Of a stretch of 64,000 bases of DNA, positions 37,203 to 48,913 are shown piece by piece. The position numbers and the translations under genes are program-made. The DNA is taken from contig CAYMPQ010000001.1 in assembly GCA_964392345.1 (NCBI GenBank), positions 5,114 through 69,113 on the forward strand. Reading direction: 5' to 3'. This DNA comes from an uncultured Actinomycetota bacterium. GTDB taxonomy: Bacteria; Actinomycetota; Humimicrobiia; Humimicrobiales; Humimicrobiaceae. The number at the start of each line of letters is the position of its first letter. The first letter of the stretch is position 1. The notes under the pieces were generated by a model that saw only the letters and a program-made list of their open reading frames with translations, searched no databases and had not been told where the DNA came from.

Positions 37203-37352
37203 ATGAAAATTAAATTGCTGAGATATGCAGAGAAATCAACAAATATGCTGAAACCTGTAAAAAAGATAAGCCCTGCAATCTTTGAAAAGGCAGGCAGGTA
37301 TCATGGAAGCAATCTTAAGTGTGGCAGCATGCAAAAAGTGAGTTGGCTTTGA
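37203..37352 (+). CDS. Small ORF (49 aa, basic) whose TGA stop overlaps the ATG of the downstream DUF1385 gene (TGATG)
   Basis: ATG at 37203 preceded by aagggg RBS; stop 37350-37352 overlapping the start at 37352; below the 60-aa track cutoff, so found by manual reading. Confidence 0.25.
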   Translation: MKIKLLRYAEKSTNMLKPVKKISPAIFEKAGRYHGSNLKCGSMQKVSWL

Positions 37353-38278
37353 TGACTGAAGGTAAAAATTTCCAGATAGGCGGCCAGGCAGTAATTGAAG
37401 GGGTTATGATGAAGAGCAAAAACTTCTGGTCTCTTGCAGTAAGACAGCCTGACAATAACATTTCAACAAAACTTTACAAGGGTGCTTCCATAATAAAAAA
37501 ATATCCAGTATTGGGACTTGCTTTTATAAGAGGGATAGTAATATTAATGGAAACTATGGTGATTGGATTTAAGGCACTTAGCTACTCTGTTAACGAGGCT
37601 ACTGAAGAAGAAATAAAATTTTCAAAAAAGGAGATGGCTGTTTCAATAATAATAGCAGTCTTATTTTCGGTCGGTGTTTTTTTTGTTCTTCCTACTTTGA
37701 TTGGCAGGAGCTTTAGCCACTTTTTCGCAAATTCTGTTGTATATAATTTTGTGGAAGGCCTGATAAGGATTAGCTTTTTTTTAGCGTACGTATTGCTAAT
37801 TTCGTTATTGAAAGATGTAAAAAGGCTCTTTCAATATCATGGAGCAGAGCATAAAACTATACAGGCTTATGAAAGTGGTGAAGACTTAAAGCCTGAAAAT
37901 GTTAAAAAATACAGCAGGCTTCATATGAGATGCGGGACAAGTTTTTTGCTTATCGTGATGGTTGTGTCAATTCTTGTTTTTGCGCTGCTTGGCAAACAGA
38001 CAATCATGTTGAGAATTGTGTCTCGGATACTTTTAATCCCTGTAGTTGCAGGGATATCTTATGAATTAATTAAAATTGCTGGAAAGTTCAGCAAATATAA
38101 AATTGTAAATATTATATTTTATCCCGGTCTCCTGCTGCAAAAAATTACTACAAGGGAGCCTGATGATTCTCAAATCGAGGTAGGAATTAAAGCATTTAAC
38201 AAAGTGCTTGAGGCAGAGGGAAGGTTAGCAGCAGAAAAGGATGAAACAGACGAAAATCTAAAGGCAGGGGAAAACTAA
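37352..38278 (+). CDS. DUF1385-family membrane protein (the conserved gene found between rpmE and prfA in many Firmicutes)
   Basis: MTEGKNFQIGGQAVIEGVMM N-terminus typical of DUF1385; several TM helices; conserved genomic context. Confidence 0.7.
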   Translation: MTEGKNFQIGGQAVIEGVMMKSKNFWSLAVRQPDNNISTKLYKGASIIKKYPVLGLAFIRGIVILMETMVIGFKALSYSVNEATEEEIKFSKKEMAVSIIIAVLFSVGVFFVLPTLIGRSFSHFFANSVVYNFVEGLIRISFFLAYVLLISLLKDVKRLFQYHGAEHKTIQAYESGEDLKPENVKKYSRLHMRCGTSFLLIVMVVSILVFALLGKQTIMLRIVSRILLIPVVAGISYELIKIAGKFSKYKIVNIIFYPGLLLQKITTREPDDSQIEVGIKAFNKVLEAEGRLAAEKDETDENLKAGEN

Positions 38279-38282
38279 GATA

Positions 38283-39362
38283 ATGGCAGAGATATTGGAA
38301 AAGTTAAAAATTTATGAAAATAATTATAAAAAGTTAGTGAAAGAACTTACCAGTCCTGAAGTTTCTTCCAATCCTTTAAAAATAAAGGAGTATGGCAAAA
38401 AAATTTCTGATCTTGAGGAGATAGTAAGAATTTCTGAAAAATATAGAGAGGTTATTTCTTCAATTCATGAAGCAGAGGGAATGTTAGAAATTGAAGAAGA
38501 TGAAGAAATGAAGAAATTTCTTAAAGAGGAATTGGATAAAAATATAAAGGAAAAACAATGCTTGGAAAAGAAGATAAAAATAGCCTTAACACCCAAAGAT
38601 CCAGATGACAAAAAAAATGTTATAGTGGAGATAAGAGCGGGCGCAGGAGGTGATGAAGCTGCGATATTTGCTAAAGATTTGTACAGGCTTTATACAAAAT
38701 TTGCGGAAAGCAAAAACTGGCACCACAAAGTACTTAGCTCAAGTTCCATTGGCGCAGGAGGATTTAAGGAAATTATATTTGAAATTGAGGGAACAGATGT
38801 TTACGGAATAATGAAATATGAATCTGGGGTACACAGGGTTCAGAGGGTTCCCGCAACAGAATCGCAGGGCAGGATCCATACTTCTACTGCCACTATAGCA
38901 GTGCTGCCGGAAGCAAAAGAAGTTGAGATAAAAATAGATCCAGCAGACTTAAGAGTGGATGTGTTTAGATCAAGCGGTCCGGGTGGCCAATCTGTAAATA
39001 CTACAGATTCTGCTGTAAGAGTGACGCATGTTCCAACTGGAATAGGCGTAAGCTGCCAGGACGAGAAATCACAATTACAAAATAAAGAGAGAGCATTTAA
39101 AATCTTAAGGGCGAGGCTTAAAAAAAAAGAAGAACAGAAACAGATGGAAAAGCAGGCAAAAGATAGAAAAATGCAGATAGGAAGCGGAGATAGAAGTGAG
39201 AAAATAAGGACTTATAACTTTCCGCAGGGCAGAGTGACTGATCATAGAATTAATCTAACTTTATACAAACTTGATGAAATCATGGAAGGTAATCTGGAAG
39301 AATTGCTGGAGTCTCTGAGAAGAGCAGACGAGGAAAAGAAAATGGAAAAGATAGGAGTTTAA
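38283..39362 (+). CDS. prfA: Peptide chain release factor 1
   Basis: GGQ motif SGPGGQSVNTT, PxT-type region, 359 aa; followed by prmC. Confidence 0.95.
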   Translation: MAEILEKLKIYENNYKKLVKELTSPEVSSNPLKIKEYGKKISDLEEIVRISEKYREVISSIHEAEGMLEIEEDEEMKKFLKEELDKNIKEKQCLEKKIKIALTPKDPDDKKNVIVEIRAGAGGDEAAIFAKDLYRLYTKFAESKNWHHKVLSSSSIGAGGFKEIIFEIEGTDVYGIMKYESGVHRVQRVPATESQGRIHTSTATIAVLPEAKEVEIKIDPADLRVDVFRSSGPGGQSVNTTDSAVRVTHVPTGIGVSCQDEKSQLQNKERAFKILRARLKKKEEQKQMEKQAKDRKMQIGSGDRSEKIRTYNFPQGRVTDHRINLTLYKLDEIMEGNLEELLESLRRADEEKKMEKIGV

Positions 39363-39368
39363 TTATAT

Positions 39369-40298
39369 TTGCAAGTCTGGAACGTAAAAAAAATTTTAGA
39401 TTGGACCATAAATTTTTTTAAAGCTAAGAATATACCCCAGCCACGATTATCATCAGAACTTCTGCTTAGCGCAGTTCTTAATCTTTCGCGGATGCAGCTT
39501 TACCTAAAATATGATTATGTTTTAACCCAGCAAGAACTAAAAGAATATAAAAAATTTATCATTAGAAGACTTGAGTTTGTCCCAATTCAGTACATCTTGG
39601 GAGAAGCATATTTTAGAAATATAAAATTATATGTAGATAAAAATGTACTGATACCGCGCCCTGAAACTGAATTATTGGTTGACAGGGCCCTGTGCTGCAT
39701 TAAAGAAATTCACAGTGATAAAAAGTTTGTTAATGTTTTAGAAATTGGAGTTGGAAGCGGGGCAATTTCCATAAGCATGGCTTCTGAAATTGATACTATA
39801 CTGGAAGATAGCGAGGGAGACCTATCCTGGCATTTAGTAGCAACAGACAAAAGCAGCAGCGCCCTCAAGGTGGCAATGGAAAATGCAAAAAATATTCTTG
39901 GCAGCAATAAGTTGGATAATATAAAATTTATAGAGTGCGACATAATTCCAGAAAATGATGCGGAATTTCTCAAAAAGTATAAAAAAAACATAAATCTAAT
40001 AATTTCAAATCCTCCTTATATCAAAGAAAAAGATTACCAGAAACTTCCAAGAGAGATAATAGAATATGAACCAAGAGTTTCTCTTCTTGCCGGGGAAAGC
40101 GGCCTTGAAGTATACGAAAAAATTTTTTCCAAAATAAAACCTTTTATGTCACCTGATTTGTGCTATATCGTATTTGAAACTGATCCTAAAATAAGCAGTT
40201 CTTTAAAAAAGCTTGCGGAGGAGCAGGTTGATGTTAAAAGAATAGAAATAGAAAAAGACTACAATCAAAGAGATCGTGTCCTAACCATAAAAGTGTAA
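39369..40298 (+). CDS. prmC: Release factor glutamine N5-methyltransferase PrmC/HemK
   Basis: SAM motif LEIGVGSGAIS; catalytic NPPY; position immediately after prfA. Confidence 0.85.
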   Translation: MQVWNVKKILDWTINFFKAKNIPQPRLSSELLLSAVLNLSRMQLYLKYDYVLTQQELKEYKKFIIRRLEFVPIQYILGEAYFRNIKLYVDKNVLIPRPETELLVDRALCCIKEIHSDKKFVNVLEIGVGSGAISISMASEIDTILEDSEGDLSWHLVATDKSSSALKVAMENAKNILGSNKLDNIKFIECDIIPENDAEFLKKYKKNINLIISNPPYIKEKDYQKLPREIIEYEPRVSLLAGESGLEVYEKIFSKIKPFMSPDLCYIVFETDPKISSSLKKLAEEQVDVKRIEIEKDYNQRDRVLTIKV

Positions 40299-40439
40299 AA
40301 ACTGCAAAAAGTATTTTTTTAAAAAAGAATTCACCTTCTAAAACAAGCCTTGTGCTGTAATTTATATTTCCACTTTTGTGTGATAGGATATTATCTTATT
40401 AATTTCAATATATTAGAAATTGTTGAAGCAATGAATTAA

Positions 40440-41759
40440 TTGAAGGAGAGTTTTTTGGAGCCTGCTGTTGTAGCTATTGTAATTTTTAGCATAACTTATA
40501 TAGCTATTGCAACCGAAAAGTTAGATAAAACTGTAATTGCAGTTATAGGGTCTCTTTTGCTCATTTTATTTAAAGTATTTACACTGAATGAGGCTGTGGG
40601 ATACATAAGCTGGGAGACCATAGGATTGCTTTTTGGGATGTTTATCATAGTCACAGCTTTATCTGATTCTGGTTTTTTTGCTTATCTCGCACTGCTTATT
40701 GCTAAATGGCTGGATTATTCTCCAAATAAAATATTTATATTTTTCCCTTTAGCAACATTTGTTCTGTCTGCATTTATGGACAGCATAACAGTGATACTTT
40801 TCTTTGCTTCATTAACTTACGAATTGTGCAGGATGTTAAAGATAGATTCTAGGCCTCTTGTAATAACAGAAGTAATCCTGGCAAATATTGGTGGTTCGGC
40901 AACTCTGGTAGGGGATCCGCCAAATGTTATTTTAGGCCTAAAGCTTGGCTATAACTTCAATGACTTTGTGATTCATAATGGGCCCATATCCATTTTAGCA
41001 GGGATTGTAGTTTTATTTTACTGCTATATGGTCAGCAGGAAATCATTGGTTCCTGAAGGAAAAATATCAATAAAAGAGCTCGAACAAATGGACCCTGTCG
41101 AAGCTATTGAAGACAAAAGAGAGTTTAAGATTGCACTGGGTGCCTTAGGAGCAGCAATTTTTCTTCTGATTACGCATACTTTTATAGAAAGATATTTGTA
41201 TTTTTCTCTCACAGTACCGCTTGCCACAATGATTCCTGCTTTTATAATGCTTATGCTTTTAAGAGAGAGAACAGAAGACATCATATCAAAAGTGGACTTT
41301 AAGATAATTTTATTCTTTGCGGGTTTATTTATAGTGGTAGGCGGACTTGAGCACACAGGTATCATCAATAAAATTGCCAGCTCGATTACAGATCTATTTA
41401 AGAATAACCACATTGGATTGCTTGGCACGCTCTTGTGGGGCTCTGGCTTTGCAAGCGGTGTCATAGACAATGTTCCTTTTGCGCTTTCCATGGCGTATGT
41501 TCTCGAAAATATGGTAAAGTTTGCAGGAGTGCCAGCTTTATCTATTATGGTCTGGGCAGTTTCGCTGGGCGCAGATATAGGTGGGAACTTTACCCCAATA
41601 GGCGCATCTGCGAATGTAGTGGCCTGTGCTTCCATGGAAAAAAGAGGGAACTCTATTGGATGGGGAATGTGGCTTAAGCTTGCTGTCCCTGCGAGCATAA
41701 TCGCTCTTATAATTTCCAACATAGGAATTTTTATAAAATATATTATAGGCTTTTATTAG
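40440..41759 (+). CDS. ArsB/NhaD-superfamily (CitMHS/DASS-like) ion or organic anion permease; alternative TTG start at 40455 after an aaggagag RBS
   Basis: About 12 TM segments with the internal repeat architecture typical of the ArsB/NhaD permease fold; 439 aa. Confidence 0.65.
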   Translation: MKESFLEPAVVAIVIFSITYIAIATEKLDKTVIAVIGSLLLILFKVFTLNEAVGYISWETIGLLFGMFIIVTALSDSGFFAYLALLIAKWLDYSPNKIFIFFPLATFVLSAFMDSITVILFFASLTYELCRMLKIDSRPLVITEVILANIGGSATLVGDPPNVILGLKLGYNFNDFVIHNGPISILAGIVVLFYCYMVSRKSLVPEGKISIKELEQMDPVEAIEDKREFKIALGALGAAIFLLITHTFIERYLYFSLTVPLATMIPAFIMLMLLRERTEDIISKVDFKIILFFAGLFIVVGGLEHTGIINKIASSITDLFKNNHIGLLGTLLWGSGFASGVIDNVPFALSMAYVLENMVKFAGVPALSIMVWAVSLGADIGGNFTPIGASANVVACASMEKRGNSIGWGMWLKLAVPASIIALIISNIGIFIKYIIGFY

Positions 41760-41780
41760 GGACAAAAGGCTACAAGCTGA

Positions 41781-43058
41781 TCAAATGTCAGTATAAACCG
41801 GGAAGTCACTTACAAGTTTCTTGACTTTTTTGCGTACATCATCTAGTTTTGTCTTATTTTCCCTGTTTTTTAGTGTGTAAGAAATTAACTCTCCAATTTT
41901 ATACATTTCTTCTGTTCCCATACCCTGAGTAGTAACCGCAGGTGTTCCTATTCTTATTCCACTTGTTAGATCCGGGTTAAGCTTGTCGTATGGAATAACA
42001 TTTTTATTCAGTATTATTCCCACAGACGACAAAACATTTTGAGCTTCCATGCCAGTTATACCCAACTCCGTGAGGTCAATTAAAAAAAGATGGTTGTCTG
42101 TATCGCCTGAAACAATTCTAAACCCTTCGTCTTTTAAGAATGAGCACATAGCTTTTGAATTTTCTATTATTCTCCTGCTGTATTCCTTAAAGGAATCTTT
42201 CATTGCCTCCCTGAATGCGACAGCTTTTGCAGCAATTATATGCATGAGCGGACCGCCCTGGATTCCCGGGAATACAGACTTGTTTACCAGCCCGGAATAT
42301 TTTTTATCTGCTAAAATTAATCCGCCTCTTGGCCCTCTTATGGTCTTGTGTGTGGTAGCAGTTGTAAAATCCGCAACTCCAACAGAAGTGGGATGGCAGC
42401 CGCCTACTATAAGGCCCGCAATATGTGCAATATCAGCCATAAGGTATGCTCCAACTTCATCAGCTATTTCCCTGAATTTGTTAAAATCAATTATTCTTGA
42501 ATAAGAACTTGCACCGGCAATTATAAGTTTTGGCTGAACACGTTTTGCTAATTTTCTTACATTTTCATAATCAATTTGTTCAGTTTCAGGATCCACATTG
42601 TAGGTATGAATTTCAAAATATTTACCGGAGAGGTTTTGCACGTGCCCGTGGGACAGGTGTCCTCCATCTCTAAGGTTCATGCTGAGTACCCTGTCGTGAG
42701 GGTTTAACACTGCCAAAAAAATAGCTGTATTTGCCTGAACACCGCTGTGCGGCTGAACATTGCTGTAATTTGAACCAAATAATTTATTGGCTCTATTTAT
42801 AGCAAGTTCTTCAATTTCATCAATATGCTCACAACCCCCATAATATCTGTTGCCCGGATAACCTTCAGCATATTTATTTGTCAGCACCGACCCCATAGTT
42901 TTTATTACTTCTTTTGATGTAAAATTCTCAGAGGCTATCAGCACTAACTGGCTTTTCTGTCTTGCAAGCTCTTTTTCTATGATATTTCTTACCTCGGTAT
43001 CGGTGTTTTTGCTTAAAGTATGATTTTCATGTTTCTTTTTGTTATTATCTTTTTTCAC
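41781..43058 (-). CDS. glyA: Serine hydroxymethyltransferase
   Basis: PLP lysine context TTTTHKTIRGPRGG, 425 aa, canonical SHMT N-terminal region. Confidence 0.95.
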   Translation of the reverse strand: MKKDNNKKKHENHTLSKNTDTEVRNIIEKELARQKSQLVLIASENFTSKEVIKTMGSVLTNKYAEGYPGNRYYGGCEHIDEIEELAINRANKLFGSNYSNVQPHSGVQANTAIFLAVLNPHDRVLSMNLRDGGHLSHGHVQNLSGKYFEIHTYNVDPETEQIDYENVRKLAKRVQPKLIIAGASSYSRIIDFNKFREIADEVGAYLMADIAHIAGLIVGGCHPTSVGVADFTTATTHKTIRGPRGGLILADKKYSGLVNKSVFPGIQGGPLMHIIAAKAVAFREAMKDSFKEYSRRIIENSKAMCSFLKDEGFRIVSGDTDNHLFLIDLTELGITGMEAQNVLSSVGIILNKNVIPYDKLNPDLTSGIRIGTPAVTTQGMGTEEMYKIGELISYTLKNRENKTKLDDVRKKVKKLVSDFPVYTDI

Positions 43059-43509
43059 AGGTTTTGTTCCTTTCTTCTATAGCCATTATTTTTTTAACTC
43101 TTCTCACGTGGCGTTTCTCACTGCTTTCAGGAGTACGGATAAAGACTTTTACTATTTTAATACATTCTTCTTCGGATAAAAATCTTGCGCCAAGGCACAG
43201 TACATTTGCATGATTATGCTGGCGGGCCAAAAAGGCAGCTTCTGTATTCCAGCAAACGGCAGCTCTAATTCCCCTGATCTTGTTTGCTGCAAGGCTTATG
43301 CCTATTCCGGTTCCACAGATGAGTATTGCCATATCAGCTTTCTTACAGGCAACTAATTGTGCACCCTTTTCTCCATAATCTGGATAGTCAACGCTTTTTG
43401 TGCTGTTTGTCCCGACATCTATTGCAGTATGCCCAAGGGAGCTAACTAACTCAATTATTTTGGATTTGTGGTTATATCCTGCATGGTCCGATCCTACCGA
43501 TATTTTCAA
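43045..43509 (-). CDS. rpiB: Ribose-5-phosphate isomerase B (RpiB/LacAB family)
   Basis: MKISVGSDHAGY start and CGTGIG motif; 154 aa. Confidence 0.85.
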   Translation of the reverse strand: MKISVGSDHAGYNHKSKIIELVSSLGHTAIDVGTNSTKSVDYPDYGEKGAQLVACKKADMAILICGTGIGISLAANKIRGIRAAVCWNTEAAFLARQHNHANVLCLGARFLSEEECIKIVKVFIRTPESSEKRHVRRVKKIMAIEERNKTCEKR

Positions 43510-43660
43510 ACTTGCCTTCCTTTGAAGATGTAATGATTATTCTATTTTTATATCTTCAGTATTATATTCTAATTAAAAAGATAGTCAAAGATAATAACTA
43601 TATTTTTTAGAAATAACTATGTCAATATTCAGCGATCATGTCACCTGAGAGGTGATAGTT

Positions 43661-44329
43661 TTATTCATGGGAAATGTCACCTTTTATATTTAAAATTTCC
43701 TGTATCTTGCTGTGCTTTATTTTACCTTCCCTGATAATAACAGGATTTATGCCTGTAGTATCAATAATTGTGGACTCAGTTCCTGCAAGCACATTCTGGC
43801 AGCTAACTATTAAATCAGCATTTGTTCTAATCTTAACGGGGATGCCATCAATTGTTACAGGGTCTGCGCCCTGCCCTGAAATACTAGCGCTTGTTGAAAT
43901 AATTGGGCCGCTTATGTCTATAACCTGCCTTATAAATTTTAGGCCCGCCCTCCTTATGGCAATTTTTGTGCTCCTGCTTGTGATAAATGAATTTAAAGAT
44001 TTATTTTTTTCAAAAATTATCGTAAGAGGGGACGGATTTTCTGTATCCCAGTAACAGTCAATCAAGGTTTTTGCTTGCGGGCTTATATTTTCTACCAGGC
44101 TATTTAAAGTTGAAAGTTTTGAAATCAAGACAATAAAAGGGAGGCTTGCATCCCTTTTTTTAATTTCATATACTTTTTGAAGAGCTTTTTTATTATTGTA
44201 TGCACAGCTTATTCCATAGATTGTTGCTGTTGGCAGGATAACTATCTTTCCATTTAATATAGCTGAAGCTATATCTTCTATAGTTTTTAAATTGACTTTA
44301 TCCGGATTGTTAATTTTTATTGTTTTCAT
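43661..44329 (-). CDS. tsaC: L-threonylcarbamoyladenylate synthase (TsaC/YrdC/Sua5 family, YrdC-domain only)
   Basis: YrdC motifs ILPTATIYGISC, KKRDASLPF and IISTSASISG; conserved position upstream of rpiB-glyA as in Bacillus ywlC. Confidence 0.8.
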   Translation of the reverse strand: MKTIKINNPDKVNLKTIEDIASAILNGKIVILPTATIYGISCAYNNKKALQKVYEIKKRDASLPFIVLISKLSTLNSLVENISPQAKTLIDCYWDTENPSPLTIIFEKNKSLNSFITSRSTKIAIRRAGLKFIRQVIDISGPIISTSASISGQGADPVTIDGIPVKIRTNADLIVSCQNVLAGTESTIIDTTGINPVIIREGKIKHSKIQEILNIKGDISHE

Positions 44330-44645
44330 GAAAAAGTAAAGGTAATGCTTGGGAAAAATTTCGGTATTTTGTCTTGTATAGATAATTTTATCATAATTAA
44401 ATTTTAACTATTCGTTAGTTAAATTGCAAAGAGCGTGTTCAAAAGGACTATTGCAAGCGCAAGCAGAAATATTTTTTGCTTCAGAATAAAATTATTGATA
44501 ATATTAAACCATCTTTACTTACAGGTTTTGGAAAAGTTGGAAGATTATGAAGCGGTTGTTAAATTGGGAGTAGTAAAAAATAGATGGGATTTATGATTTA
44601 GATAAAAACTGTGGCTGGCTTTAATTGTAATACATATAAATTTTA

Positions 44646-45107
44646 ATGGTTATGAAGGATAAACGCCCTACCTGGGATGAATATTTTGCAGCTATAGCAA
44701 GGCAGGTCTCTACCCGTGCAACCTGTCTGAGGAGAAAAGTCGGGGCGGTAATCGTAAAGGATAAAAGAATACTTGCCACAGGCTATAATGGCGCTCCTAT
44801 GGGGGTAAGAAGCTGCCTGGAAAGGGGAAGCTGTCTTAGAGAAAAACTTGGCGTTCCATCCGGGGAGAGGCAGGAGATTTGCCGGGGAATGCATGCAGAA
44901 CAGAATGCTATAATTCAAGCTGCCTACCATGGGGTCCGGATAAGAGATAGTGTTATCTATGTTACAAATCAGCCATGTATTCTTTGCGCAAAAATGATTA
45001 TAAATAGTGGAATTAGAAAAATATATTACCTGGAAGAATACCCTGACCCTCTGGCGGTAGAGATACTTGATGAAGGAAAGGTAGAGTTAGTCAAACTAAA
45101 TTTTTAA
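44646..45107 (+). CDS. dCMP/CMP deaminase (ComEB-like zinc deaminase)
   Basis: HAEQNAI and PCILCAKMI zinc-binding motifs; 153 aa. Confidence 0.8.
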   Translation: MVMKDKRPTWDEYFAAIARQVSTRATCLRRKVGAVIVKDKRILATGYNGAPMGVRSCLERGSCLREKLGVPSGERQEICRGMHAEQNAIIQAAYHGVRIRDSVIYVTNQPCILCAKMIINSGIRKIYYLEEYPDPLAVEILDEGKVELVKLNF

Positions 45108-45115
45108 AAGAAACC

Positions 45116-45736
45116 TTAGTGGCCCCTTATAATATCTTTGATTTTCATCAACCTTACAATACTTGAACGCTCTGTTTCATCAAGTTTCATTGTGATATAT
45201 TTTATGGATTCTGTCAGGTTTGGAATAAGCTTGTATTCAAGGGAATTAACTCTTCTTCTTGTCTCTTCAATTTCATCAGCCATTAACTGAACGGATTTTT
45301 CCTTTTCGGCAAGATTAAAAAGGGATTCAATAAATTTGTCAAATTTAATCAGGGCAGCGTCCATTCCACTGGAAGTATTAAGATATCCATAAGGAATGAT
45401 ATTCCCTTCCACCTCTTTTTCAAACAGGGGAACACGCACACTCATAAGATTTTTCTTCTTTACTGAAACAGAGATTTTTTTTGTTGGCAGCAGCAGCGCT
45501 TCTTCGGCCTGAGACGGCCCCATTTTGGCACTGGCAAGAATGAATTCAAAAAGTATTGACTGGAACTTTCTTTCAATGGAAAGTCTTAAGTTTTTTACCT
45601 CGTCAATAATTGCCAGAAGCTGGCTCATCAATTCATCCTGTTTGTCTTTTAAAAGTTTGTGTCCTCTCTGTGCAAGCTTTAGCCTCCGTTTTAACCGGAG
45701 TAGCTCCATCCTTGTTGCGCTAATATTTTCTATCAT
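45116..45736 (-). CDS. atpD: V/A-type ATP synthase subunit D
   Basis: 206 aa coiled-coil protein, position after subunit B; typical V-type D N-terminus. Confidence 0.85.
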   Translation of the reverse strand: MIENISATRMELLRLKRRLKLAQRGHKLLKDKQDELMSQLLAIIDEVKNLRLSIERKFQSILFEFILASAKMGPSQAEEALLLPTKKISVSVKKKNLMSVRVPLFEKEVEGNIIPYGYLNTSSGMDAALIKFDKFIESLFNLAEKEKSVQLMADEIEETRRRVNSLEYKLIPNLTESIKYITMKLDETERSSIVRLMKIKDIIRGH

Positions 45737-47139
45737 TTAACAGCTGCGTCCTCTTTCTTTTTTTTGTATTGTTCCATATATTTGTCAAGATATTCGTCCC
45801 TGATTCTCTTTAGTTCTTCTCTTGGGAACACTGATATCAATTTCCACCCAAGATCCAGAGTTTCACCGATGGTTCTATTTTCATATTCATTCTGAGATAT
45901 ATATTCCTTTTCAAAATTTTCAGCAAATTTAAAATAAATTTTATCCATATCTGACAGCGCAGCTTCGCCTAAGATAACCGCAAGTTCCTGCACTTCTTTG
46001 CCCTTCGCATATGCAGCATAAAGCTGGTTAAACATATCGGCATGGTCCTCTCTTGTTTTTCCCTCTCCAATACCCTTATCCTTTAGCCTTGAAAGCGAGG
46101 GAAGAGCATCCACTGGAGGAGATATTTTCTTTTTGTAGAGAGATCTTGAGAGCATTATCTGCCCTTCTGTTATATATCCAGTAAGATCAGGAATTGGGTG
46201 AGTCTTATCATCCTCAGGCATTGTAAGTATTGGTATAAGCGTAATTGAACCTTTTTTTCCTTTTATCTTTCCGGCTCTTTCGTATATTGTAGAGAGGTCT
46301 GTATATAAATAACCAGGATAGCCTCTTCTTCCCGGGACTTCCTTCCGTGCAGCAGAAATCTCTTTTAATGCCTCACAATAATTGGTCATATCTGTAAGAA
46401 TTACAAGAACATGCATATCTTTTTCAAACGCAAGGTATTCTGCACAGGTCAGCCCAACTCTTGGGGTAGCAATTCTTTCAATTGCAGGGTCATCTGCAAG
46501 ATTTAATATAAGTACCGATCTGCTTAATGCTCCTGTTTTTTTCAAATCATTTATAAAATACTGCGATTCGTCAAATGTTATGCCCATTGCAATAAACACA
46601 ACTGCAAATTCTTCCTTCTCTCCCAAAACGGTTGATTGTCTTGCAATCTGTGCTGCCAATTTATTGTGGGGAAGCCCTGACCCTGAAAATATTGGAAGTT
46701 TCTGGCCGCGGACCAATGTATTTAAACCGTCTATTACCGATATTCCTGTTTGAATAAATTCATCAGGATAATCTCTTGCAAATGGATTTATTGGGGCACC
46801 ATTTATGTCAGCTCCCTTTTCAGGTATTATTCTATCGTTTTCTGTTTTTGGTTTTCCAAGTCCTGTAAAAACTTTTCCTAATATGTCAGGTGAAAGGTAC
46901 ATGTGGATTCCTTTGCCAAGAAACCTGACTTTTGTATTTTCAGCATCAATCCCGGCTGTTCCCTCAAAAACCTGAACAAGGGCTTTGTCTTTATGAACTT
47001 CAAGCACCTTCCCATTTCGCCTGCTGCCATCGGTAAGCATAATTTCAACAAGTTCCTCATACTTAACACCTTCAACACCTTCTATGAGCATCAGGGGCCC
47101 TGTAATATTTGCGATACCCTTGTATTCTTTTAACATCAT
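45733..47139 (-). CDS. atpB: V/A-type ATP synthase subunit B (regulatory, non-catalytic)
   Basis: 468 aa; A/B fold without a complete P-loop; canonical V-type B N-terminus. Confidence 0.9.
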   Translation of the reverse strand: MMLKEYKGIANITGPLMLIEGVEGVKYEELVEIMLTDGSRRNGKVLEVHKDKALVQVFEGTAGIDAENTKVRFLGKGIHMYLSPDILGKVFTGLGKPKTENDRIIPEKGADINGAPINPFARDYPDEFIQTGISVIDGLNTLVRGQKLPIFSGSGLPHNKLAAQIARQSTVLGEKEEFAVVFIAMGITFDESQYFINDLKKTGALSRSVLILNLADDPAIERIATPRVGLTCAEYLAFEKDMHVLVILTDMTNYCEALKEISAARKEVPGRRGYPGYLYTDLSTIYERAGKIKGKKGSITLIPILTMPEDDKTHPIPDLTGYITEGQIMLSRSLYKKKISPPVDALPSLSRLKDKGIGEGKTREDHADMFNQLYAAYAKGKEVQELAVILGEAALSDMDKIYFKFAENFEKEYISQNEYENRTIGETLDLGWKLISVFPREELKRIRDEYLDKYMEQYKKKKEDAAVK

Positions 47140-48900
47140 TTACTCCTCTATTAATGATGAGATTTCTTTATTGATGTCTTCTTTGATTTCATCAATTTTA
47201 TCTATCTCTGTATTCTTAATGTATCTCATTCTTGCTATCTTATTTTTTACTTTCATGGTTTCAATCAAATTAATATCTGCTCCCATCTGGATGTATTCTT
47301 TAGCCTGATTATAGAAATAATTAATTATACTTATTATCTTATACTGTTTTTCAATTGGCGAATAAGTATCTATCTCGTGGAATGCATTTTGATGAAGAAA
47401 ATCTTCTCTTATCATTCTGGCAACAAGAAGCACCAGTCTGTCAGAGCCTGACAGAGCATCAATACCAACAAGACGGACTATTTCTTCAAGCTCTGATTCT
47501 TCCTGAAGCAGTCTCATTGCTTCTGCCTGAAGGTCAAAATAATCATCTGCAATATTTTTTTTCACATATTCTTTTATATTCTCATTGTAAAGAGAGTATG
47601 AATTTAGCCATGATATCGCCGGGAAATGCCTGCTGTATGCCAGATTTGCCTCAAGCGACCAAAACACTTTTACAACTCTTAGTGTTGCCTGTACAACAGG
47701 GTCCGAGAGGTCCCCGCCCGGAGGTGATACTGCACCAATAACAGAAAGTGCGCCAAACCGGTCTTTTTTTTGTGACAGGCATCTGACTCTGCCGGATCTC
47801 TCATAAAATGACGCTATTTTTGAACCTAAGTATGCAGGGTACCCTTCCTCGCCCGGCATTTCTTCAAGTCTGCCGGAAATTTCTCTCATTGCTTCGGCCC
47901 ATCTTGAAGTTGAATCTGCCATTAGCGCTACAGAGTAGCCCATGTCCCTGAAGTACTCTGCTATTGTTATCCCTGTGTAAACAGATGCCTCTCTGGCTGC
48001 AACCGGCATATTTGATGTGTTGGCAATTAAGACTGTTCTTTCCATTAGAGGCTTGCCTGATTTTGGGTCAATAAGCTTTGGAAATTCAAGAAGTACATCT
48101 GTCATTTCATTTCCTCGCTCCCCACATCCTATGTAGACAACAATCTCAGCGTTTGCCCATTTTGCCAACTGATGCTGTATGACTGTTTTGCCTGAACCAA
48201 ATGGACCCGGAACGCAAGCTGTTCCGCCATTTGCAATTGGGAAGAACATATCAATAACTCTTTGTCCTGTGATAAGCGGTTCATTGGGAGTAATCTTTTC
48301 AAGAAACGGTCTCGGCTTTCTTACGGGCCATTTCTGCATCATTGTGATACCTGTATCGCCATTTTTAGTTTTTATTACGGCAATAGTTTCTTCTAAAGTA
48401 AAGTTTCCATCTTTTATTGTCTGTATCTCGCCGCTTAATCTAGGAGGTACCATTATGTAATGTTTTATGATACTTGTTTCAGCAACAACCCCAAGATAAT
48501 CACCGCTTTCCACTAAATCACCTTTTTTAGCAATTGGTTCAAATTTCCATTTTTTTTCTCTATCAAGCGCTGACACATGCACGCCTCTTGTGATAAAGTT
48601 TCCTGTTTTGCCATATATTATGTCAAGGGGCCTTTGTGTCCCATCATAGATTGATTCAATAAGTCCGGGGCCCAGCTCAACAGTAAGAGGTTCGTTTGTT
48701 ACATATACCGGTTCCCCGACTCCTACGCCTGCAGTCTCTTCGTAAACCTGTACGGAAGCAATGCTGCCATTTAATTCAATGATTTCACCCATAAGCCTTT
48801 TTTCAGATACGTAAACTACATCAAACATTCTTGACCCTGCCATATTCTCAGCTGCCACAAGCGGGCCTGCCACTTTAATGATTTTACCGATTTTTTCCAT
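47140..48900 (-). CDS. atpA: V/A-type ATP synthase catalytic subunit A
   Basis: 586 aa with Walker [10 protein letters not shown] and the non-homologous insert typical of V/A-type A subunits. Confidence 0.9.
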   Translation of the reverse strand: MEKIGKIIKVAGPLVAAENMAGSRMFDVVYVSEKRLMGEIIELNGSIASVQVYEETAGVGVGEPVYVTNEPLTVELGPGLIESIYDGTQRPLDIIYGKTGNFITRGVHVSALDREKKWKFEPIAKKGDLVESGDYLGVVAETSIIKHYIMVPPRLSGEIQTIKDGNFTLEETIAVIKTKNGDTGITMMQKWPVRKPRPFLEKITPNEPLITGQRVIDMFFPIANGGTACVPGPFGSGKTVIQHQLAKWANAEIVVYIGCGERGNEMTDVLLEFPKLIDPKSGKPLMERTVLIANTSNMPVAAREASVYTGITIAEYFRDMGYSVALMADSTSRWAEAMREISGRLEEMPGEEGYPAYLGSKIASFYERSGRVRCLSQKKDRFGALSVIGAVSPPGGDLSDPVVQATLRVVKVFWSLEANLAYSRHFPAISWLNSYSLYNENIKEYVKKNIADDYFDLQAEAMRLLQEESELEEIVRLVGIDALSGSDRLVLLVARMIREDFLHQNAFHEIDTYSPIEKQYKIISIINYFYNQAKEYIQMGADINLIETMKVKNKIARMRYIKNTEIDKIDEIKEDINKEISSLIEE

Positions 48901-48913
48901 ATATTTTCTCCTA

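Noticed and set aside
41024-41722. 232-aa minus-strand ORF
   Set aside because: Lies entirely antisense within the ArsB/NhaD-like permease gene, has no motifs and no RBS; shadow ORF.
42049-42504. 151-aa plus-strand ORF
   Set aside because: Antisense to glyA, whose SHMT identity is unambiguous.
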